DNA of 64,000 bases from Thraustochytrium aureum (lineage: Eukaryota): the NCBI GenBank assembly GCA_012862495.1, contig BLSG01000375.1, forward strand, positions 62,001-126,000, in the 5' to 3' direction. Under the pieces are notes generated by a model that had not been told where the DNA came from, did no database searches, and saw only the letters and a list, made by a program, of their open reading frames with translations. Shown one piece after another: positions 57,801 through 64,000 of the stretch (position 1 is the first letter of the stretch; each line of letters opens with the position of its first letter). The position numbers and the translations under genes are program-made.

Positions 57801-58277
57801 GACCGAGCAAGCAAACCCTGTCGCGCTGTGGAGCGCCGGGACCTCGAACTTTTGAACGAATGCCCAGCCCGCCAGCCCGTCAAAGAGATACGCGGAGGCG
57901 GCGCTCGGGGCGCCGACAAGCACTTTGCTGGACACCGTTGCCACGCTGGCCCCGAACGAGAGCACCGGGGTGCCGGCGCTGTTGTCCGGGGCGCGAAGCG
58001 TTTTCGAGAACGACACGCTATTGGAGCCGATGGAATACACGAGAGCCTCGCCCGCTTGCAACACTGATTCGCTTGTCGCGGTGGGTGCGCCGACCACGAC
58101 GAAGCCGCCATCAGCGTCCATCGAGTTGCCATAGTTGTCACTTTCAGAATTGGGCGAGTGCCACAAGTCCACGCAAGGGTTCAAAAGGCAAGAAAGGAAA
58201 GCGGACGCACGACGAGGAAGGCACAGCAGAGCAACGATCAACAACCAGATGTGCGGCCGTCTGCCTGCTGGCCCCAT
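54839..58277 (-). CDS. Cell-surface protein: signal peptide, FG-GAP beta-propeller, PT/PS mucin stalk, RRL region, EGF domain, TM; introns 57079-56996, 56971-56892 and 56831-56756
   Basis: Repeated FG.SV..VVGAP motifs; TPSPTASPS repeats; CSGRGSC..CSCDAGYTGSNC; Cys-rich TM followed by a basic tail. GTAAGT donors with CTRAC branch sites. Single-base shifts are needed near 57216 and 56754. Confidence 0.85.
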
Positions 58278-59908
58278 TCCTGCCGATCCCTCTAGGCCAG
58301 CGGGCTTTGGTCAGACTGCAGCGAATCGTTTGGTCGCGTGAAACCTCTTTGATCTGCGCGTTTCGTGGAGCCGCTTGGCGACCCAGTGCGTATTCTGCAG
58401 CCGCGCGCTCCGCGCGCTCCGTGCTATTTTGCGCTCTGTCGGCCTCGTTTGCGTAGAGGCGTGCAGTCGCAACCCGACAGTCGCGTAACTCGGCGACGCG
58501 GCACTCGAGATGGTGTGCGCTTGCCTGCGTGCGAGCTTGGGCTGAGTCCAGATTAGCCGCGCAGGAGCGTGTCCCTGTTCGCATAGCAGCCGCGCTCGCG
58601 TGGTGGCTTTGCCAATTGTGTCCTGGTCCTGGGGCGAGCAAGCTCGGCCGCCAAAAGAAGTACTTACTTCGCCACGTGAAAGTGCAACGGACAAGTGTTG
58701 CACCACTACTGTGACGTGCAAGGCGCCACAAACTCTTGTTTGCGCGCCTCAGAAGCTTGCTCGTTCGCCGTTGGCGGTCTCCATGCAGAGCGCAGCTGAG
58801 CAGTGTGGAAAGCAAAATGGGCGCCGAGGCCACGTGGTGTTTTTTTTGTTGTGACAGCAAGGTTCTTGCCATGGCAACGGATCGCAAGGCGAATGCTTTG
58901 CCGTTGCCGGACGACTGATCGATGCAAGTTGCGCGCAAGTCGACACCGTGTACGGCCCCCTACACGCCTTAAGACTCTGCAACTCTGGCGGAGATGTTCG
59001 GTATCACGGTATCTCTGGCGTTTTGTAGGCATTCTCAGCTCCTGGAGTATGGACAAGCGAATCAAGACGCGAGATGCGGCAAGCACAGTAAACCAGCGAC
59101 ACTGCGCAGTGCACATAGCTGCTCTGCCAACAGAGAGATACCTCGCAGGTCCTTTTTCTGCAAACGAATGCCCCGTGGCGAGATGTGAGCGGCTGTGCCT
59201 CGTTGGCCGTGCAAAGTTCGCGCAAGCGACAGACGACGACCCAAATCAAGTAGTAGGTACTTTGGCCTACAAAATCTGCAGGGCCTGTCTGGGGCCTCTT
59301 CAGCGTGCGGCTTCTGGCGCGGAGAGGGAAGCCCGTTTCGAGCTGTCGACTAAACGAAAACGATACTGTGCTGCTTACGGATTTTGATTTTGGGGAAAAC
59401 GACATCCATCTTCGGGCGTCATGTTCGCAGCTGAGCGTCAGACAGCATAGAGGCGCCAATTGGATACGGGCACAACTTGACCGTGAAGAAATAAAGAGTG
59501 CACAGTCTCATCATCGCGCGAGCCAGTTTTCGAAACGAATGTGTTGCGCAAGGCTAGCACGCGCGTGTAATGCTTGAACATGAACAGAAGAAGAGTTTAT
59601 CGCTTTCCACCCTGCTCTAGCTANNNNNNNNNNNNNNNNNNNNNNNNNNNNNNNNNNNNNNNNNNNNNNNNNNNNNNNNNNNNNNNNNNNNNNNNNNNNN
59701 NNNNNNNNNNNNNNNNNNNNNNNNNNNNNNNNNNNNNNNNNNNNNNNNNNNNNNNNNNNNNNNNNNNNNNNNNNNNNNNNNNNNNNNNNNNNNNNNNNNN
59801 NNNNNNNNNNNNNNNNNNNGCTAGGCCAGAGATTTACAGACGTACTCAAACCGTTTTCGAAAAAACAAGGTATCTAGATTTTTTTTGATTGATTGAAAGC
59901 GATTGCAT

Positions 59909-60574
59909 TCACTTGACGAGCTCGGCGCCGCAATTTTCACACTCGCGCTCATATTCGACGTCCCAAAGGTAATCATTTGTAAAGAATGTGCATTCACATT
60001 CGTCGCATTCGCATTTCCAAACGTTCTGTTTCATAGCACGATGTTTTGCATGTCGATCCTCATTCTTCCACCCGCGAAGACACGCTCCGATAGCGACTCG
60101 CTTCGATACCAGATCAGGAATCGGTCCATCGCGTCTTAGGACAATCTCTTTGCGAGAAGAAATCACGCTTTCTCGCAGTGCCTTACGACGCCTCTTGTTG
60201 CAACCGCCAGACCTGGCGCGTTGATCTACAATGATTTGTTCACGCATGTTTAGGGGGTTCGCATGAGCACGTTGTACGGCGAAAGATTCGCTCGTGACCC
60301 CGCCCAACAGCGCCGCCATAATATGCACGCGCTTACGATCGAAAGCGGTAAGCACCGCGCGGGACTCTGCCTTGTCCCCACCAACAAACAGTGGCGCGAA
60401 GAGCTCGTTCAGCCATGCGGGCGCGTCCGGGTGGAGCTCTTGCTGCTGTTCTTGCTGCTCTTGCTTCAGGTGCTGCTGGTCCTCTTGCGGGTGCTGCTCT
60501 TGCGGGTGCTGCTCTTGCTGCTGCTGCTCTTGCTGCTGCTGCTCTTGCTTCAGGTGCTGCTGCTCTTGCTCCAT
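59909..60574 (-). CDS. Orphan protein with Q/E repeat N-terminus and C-terminal Zn-ribbon-like motif
   Basis: 221-aa ATG ORF ending WKCECDECEC..ECENCG, in a lower-GC region between two gaps. Confidence 0.5.
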   Translation of the reverse strand: MEQEQQHLKQEQQQQEQQQQEQHPQEQHPQEDQQHLKQEQQEQQQELHPDAPAWLNELFAPLFVGGDKAESRAVLTAFDRKRVHIMAALLGGVTSESFAVQRAHANPLNMREQIIVDQRARSGGCNKRRRKALRESVISSRKEIVLRRDGPIPDLVSKRVAIGACLRGWKNEDRHAKHRAMKQNVWKCECDECECTFFTNDYLWDVEYERECENCGAELVK

Positions 60575-60747
60575 GTCGGCTGGCGCTCGGCGCTTAGAGT
60601 CTGCTGATGGCTTGGCGATCGGGGGGGGTCTTGCGGGTCTGGTGATGCCCTGGTTGCCTGCAAATCCCAGGATTTATCCTGTGCAAACTGACCTGGTCTG
60701 ACGTTCAATTGTTCATGAAATCTTGTTTGTACTTTTTCATTGAACCA

Positions 60748-60882
60748 CAAAGCGTTCCGCAATCTGGGCATAAAAATACGGATAGAGGGCCAAGCTCGCT
60801 AGATAGAGGGCCAGCCAAAGCGTTCCGCAATCTGGGCATAAAAATACGGATAGAGGGCCAATCTCGCTAGATAGAGGGCCAA
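60748..60882. repeat. 68-bp tandem repeat with internal GATAGAGGGCCA subrepeat, running into gap
   Basis: Units start at 60748 and 60816; subrepeats at 60781, 60802, 60849 and 60870. Confidence 0.92.
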
Positions 60883-61422
60883 NNNNNNNNNNNNNNNNNN
60901 NNNNNNNNNNNNNNNNNNNNNNNNNNNNNNNNNNNNNNNNNNNNNNNNNNNNNNNNNNNNNNNNNNNNNNNNNNNNNNNNNNNNNNNNNNNNNNNNNNNN
61001 NNNNNNNNNNNNNNNNNNNNNNNNNNNNNNNNNNNNNNNNNNNNNNNNNNNNNNNNNNNNNNNNNNNNNNNNNNNNNNNNNNNNNNNNNNNNNNNNNNNN
61101 NNNNNNNNNNNNNNNNNNNNNNNNNNNNNNNNNNNNNNNTCGGCCACGGCCCCCACGCGGTGCTGTCGAGCTCGACGGCGCGCGCCGTTGACGGGATCGC
61201 CCCGGTCGGACTCGCGGCCTTTGACGCGCTGGCGCCGCGCAGGCGCCCGGACGACGAGCGCCGCGGGAGGAGCTTGCGGAGCCGATCACGCGGTCGGTCC
61301 AGGGACGTGGCGGCGGACGCAGTAGCGGCGTCGGTGTTGCGTGGCAGAGGTCGCCGAAGGAGCGGAAGCCTCCAAAGGGGAAGCGGGCGTAGTTGTGCAG
61401 TGGCGGGGGCCCGAACGCGAGG

Positions 61423-63708
61423 ATGGGGGACGGAGTGAAGGTCACGGGCGAGCCAGCCGCCAAGAAGATGCGCAAGATGGCGAGCAGCGTGGAGCCATCG
61501 AACGGGAGGCCGCGGAAGCCGGACTCGCGCAAGTTTGTCACGGCGGGAGGCGTCGAGGTGAACCGCGTGGTCAAGGACATGGACCCCGAACATGTGGGCG
61601 ACGAATTTGTTGCGCTGGCTAGCGCGCTGGACCACAAGCGCGGCGCGCTGTTTGAGAGCGCGTACGATGCCCCCGGGAGGTATTCGCGATGGACGATGGG
61701 GTTTTACGACCCCCCTCTCGCGCTCGAGACCCACGGGCTCACATTCAAAGTGAGCGCGCTCAACGAGCGCGGAAAGGTCGTCCTTGCCGCGTTTGAGGCA
61801 GCGGTGCGCTCGTGCGAAGCCGTCGACGCCAGCTCCCTGAGCTGCGACGAGTCGCTGGTCTCTGGGCGGGTGCGCGCGAGCGACGGCAAACGGTTCGCGG
61901 AGGAGGAGCGCAGCAAGCAGCCGTCAGTATTCAGCGTCGTTCGCAGCGTCATCGAGCAGTGGGGCTCTGACGAGGACCCCCAGCTCGGCCTTCTTGGCGC
62001 CATCGGGTGGGACATCGCGTTCCAGTTCGAGTCCATCGAGCTCACCCACGAGCGCGACCCGGCCCAACGCGACGTCGTGCTGTACCTGCCAGATATGATG
62101 ACCGTGTTCGACAAGCAGCTCAACCAGGGCTGGACGATCGAGTACGAGTTTACCTACGCGGGCAAGAGCACGAGCGGGCTCAAGCGCGAGGGCCCCTCGA
62201 GCCCCTTCAAAGGCAACATGAACCCGAGCAAGCGCCGCGACCACGAGCCGGGCGAGTACGCCAAGAGCGTCGAGAGGGCGCGCGAGGAGTTTCGCGTCGG
62301 CAACCTCTTCGAGGCCGTCCTGTCGCAGACGTTTTACGAGCCGTGCTCCTCCAAGCCATCCGAGATCCTCGCCACGCTCCGCGAGCGCAACCCCTCACCC
62401 TACCTGTTCTGTATCAACCTGGGCGAGCAAGAGTGGCTCGTGGGAGCCAGCCCGGAGATGTTTGTGCGCGTCGAGCGCGGCGAGGACGGGCTACAGGTTC
62501 TCACTTGTCCGATTTCGGGCACCATCAAGCGCGGCGAGAACGCGCTCGAGGACGCGGAGCGCGTCAAGGAGATTCTGGCCAACCGCAAGGAGGAGAGCGA
62601 GCTGACCATGTGCACCGACGTGGACCGCAACGACAAGTCGCGGATCTGCAAGCCAGGCAGCGTGCAGGTGATCGGGCGGCGCCAGATCGAGACCTACAGT
62701 ACCCTGCTGCACACCGTGGACGTCGTCTCAGGCACACTTCGCGACGAGTTTGACGCCCTCGACGCGTTCTTGTCCACCGCCTGGGCTGTCACCGTCTCAG
62801 GGTCCCCCAAGCTCTGGGCGATGCAGTTCGTTGAGCGCAACGAAAAGTCTGCCCGGGCCTGGTACGGCGGCGCCGTCGGCCTCATCGGCTTTAACGGCGA
62901 AATGAACACGGGCATGACACTGCGAACGATCCGGCTCAAGGATGGCGTTGCCGAGATCCGCGCCGGGGCCACGCTGCTCTTCGACTCCAAGCCGGAGGAC
63001 GAGGAGCGCGAGACGGAGCTCAAGGCCTCTGCGTTCCGCGACGCCGTGCTGGCCACCAACCGCGGGGAGACCGCCGCGAAGCCGGTGCCGGAGCTGGCCA
63101 AGGTCGGCCGCGACAAGCGCGTGGTGCTCATCGACCACCAAGACTCGTTCGTGCACACTCTTGCCAACTACGTTCGGCAAACAGGGGCAGAGGTGTCCAC
63201 TGTGCGCTTCGGCATCCCGCGCGAAGACCTGGTCGCTATGCGGCCCGACCTCGTCATCATGAGCCCCGGTCCGGGCAAGCCCAGCGACTTCAAGTGCTCG
63301 GACACGCTCGCCATGCTGATCGACCTCAAGATCCCTGTGTTTGGGGTCTGCCTCGGCCTGCAGAGCATGGTCGAGCATTTTGGGGCCACTCTCGACATCC
63401 TGCCGTACCCGATGCACGGCAAGCCGTCCAAGATCCGGACGGTTGGCACGAGCAAGTGGCGCATATTTGAGGGGCTCAAGCACGAGTTTACAGTTGCGCG
63501 CTACCACTCGCTGTACGGCGAGCGCACTTCCATCGAGGCCTGCGATTCGCTCAACATCATCGCCGAGCTTGATGACGGCACGGTGATGGCGATAGAGCAT
63601 GACACGCTGCCGATGGCCGCCGTGCAGTTCCACCCAGAGAGCATCCTCACCCGATCTGCTGACGGCCTGGGCATCTTGTCCAATGCGCTCTCCAACCTCA
63701 AGTATTAG
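61423..63708 (+). CDS. trpE(G): Fused anthranilate synthase TrpE(G)
   Basis: GRYSRW..DPPL, GNLFEAVLSQ, NPSPY, GASPEMFVRV, CPISGTIKRG, ELTMCTDVDRNDKSR and WYGGAVG, then a GATase domain DHQDSF, SPGPG, GVCLG, RYHSL and QFHPES. Confidence 0.96.
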   Translation: MGDGVKVTGEPAAKKMRKMASSVEPSNGRPRKPDSRKFVTAGGVEVNRVVKDMDPEHVGDEFVALASALDHKRGALFESAYDAPGRYSRWTMGFYDPPLALETHGLTFKVSALNERGKVVLAAFEAAVRSCEAVDASSLSCDESLVSGRVRASDGKRFAEEERSKQPSVFSVVRSVIEQWGSDEDPQLGLLGAIGWDIAFQFESIELTHERDPAQRDVVLYLPDMMTVFDKQLNQGWTIEYEFTYAGKSTSGLKREGPSSPFKGNMNPSKRRDHEPGEYAKSVERAREEFRVGNLFEAVLSQTFYEPCSSKPSEILATLRERNPSPYLFCINLGEQEWLVGASPEMFVRVERGEDGLQVLTCPISGTIKRGENALEDAERVKEILANRKEESELTMCTDVDRNDKSRICKPGSVQVIGRRQIETYSTLLHTVDVVSGTLRDEFDALDAFLSTAWAVTVSGSPKLWAMQFVERNEKSARAWYGGAVGLIGFNGEMNTGMTLRTIRLKDGVAEIRAGATLLFDSKPEDEERETELKASAFRDAVLATNRGETAAKPVPELAKVGRDKRVVLIDHQDSFVHTLANYVRQTGAEVSTVRFGIPREDLVAMRPDLVIMSPGPGKPSDFKCSDTLAMLIDLKIPVFGVCLGLQSMVEHFGATLDILPYPMHGKPSKIRTVGTSKWRIFEGLKHEFTVARYHSLYGERTSIEACDSLNIIAELDDGTVMAIEHDTLPMAAVQFHPESILTRSADGLGILSNALSNLKY

Positions 63709-64000
63709 AGCCCTTACGTACTTAGCCGCGGCACCAACCTACTTTGCCCACTTTGACGTTCGTTTCCCACTTGGCGCCGTTCGCAGCACGGCGTTCTGCA
63801 AGGGCCGATTCGGGGCTCGCCATGCTCTAGCCAGAGGTTGACCTGTGCTTGTGGAGCTCGAGCAAAATTACCACTACACGAGTATGCTCGTTCAAACCAT
63901 CGCAACTTGATTCGCAAGCGCACTTGGGCTGGACAACGATGCCGCCGTCATGCAAAGTTTGGGCGAGCCGGTCGTCATGGGCAAGGCCCAATCTCGCAGC

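Noticed and set aside
58865..58878. X-box-like CTTGCCATGGCAAC
   Set aside because: Single hit not adjacent to a ciliary gene; RFX factors are not expected in this inferred lineage
1197..61734. Long ORF-track entries spanning N runs and many antisense ORFs
   Set aside because: These are artefacts of N translation and of high-GC shadow frames opposite real genes

Overview
GC-rich, gene-dense, intron-poor eukaryotic nuclear DNA from a draft assembly with many N gaps. It is probably a flagellated stramenopile-type protist, possibly a labyrinthulomycete; this is inferred from BBS1, DRC12, a KIF12-like kinesin, AP-3 beta, an FG-GAP/PT-stalk/EGF receptor and GT-AG introns. About 26 protein genes are supported, mostly on alternating strands. 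At least 16 single-base frameshifts in short homopolymers break otherwise intact genes, most likely as sequencing errors, so many calls join two or more ORF-track frames. The most notable item is a convergent pair of unusual putative lipid-transfer/contact-site proteins: TM + AsmA-like + C2 + PH, and PH + IQ + DysF + PH + VASt + TM. Other notable items are an EcsC-like protein with an inserted J-domain, a ~21-bp-period array of AGCT-N3-AGCT palindromes, three same-phase introns in a mucin-like stalk, a GTGACG motif cluster, a lower-GC island with an orphan Zn-ribbon ORF, and a bacterial-type fused TrpE(G). Family calls come from motif recognition only; no database searches were run. No rRNA, tRNA or CRISPR array was recognised.
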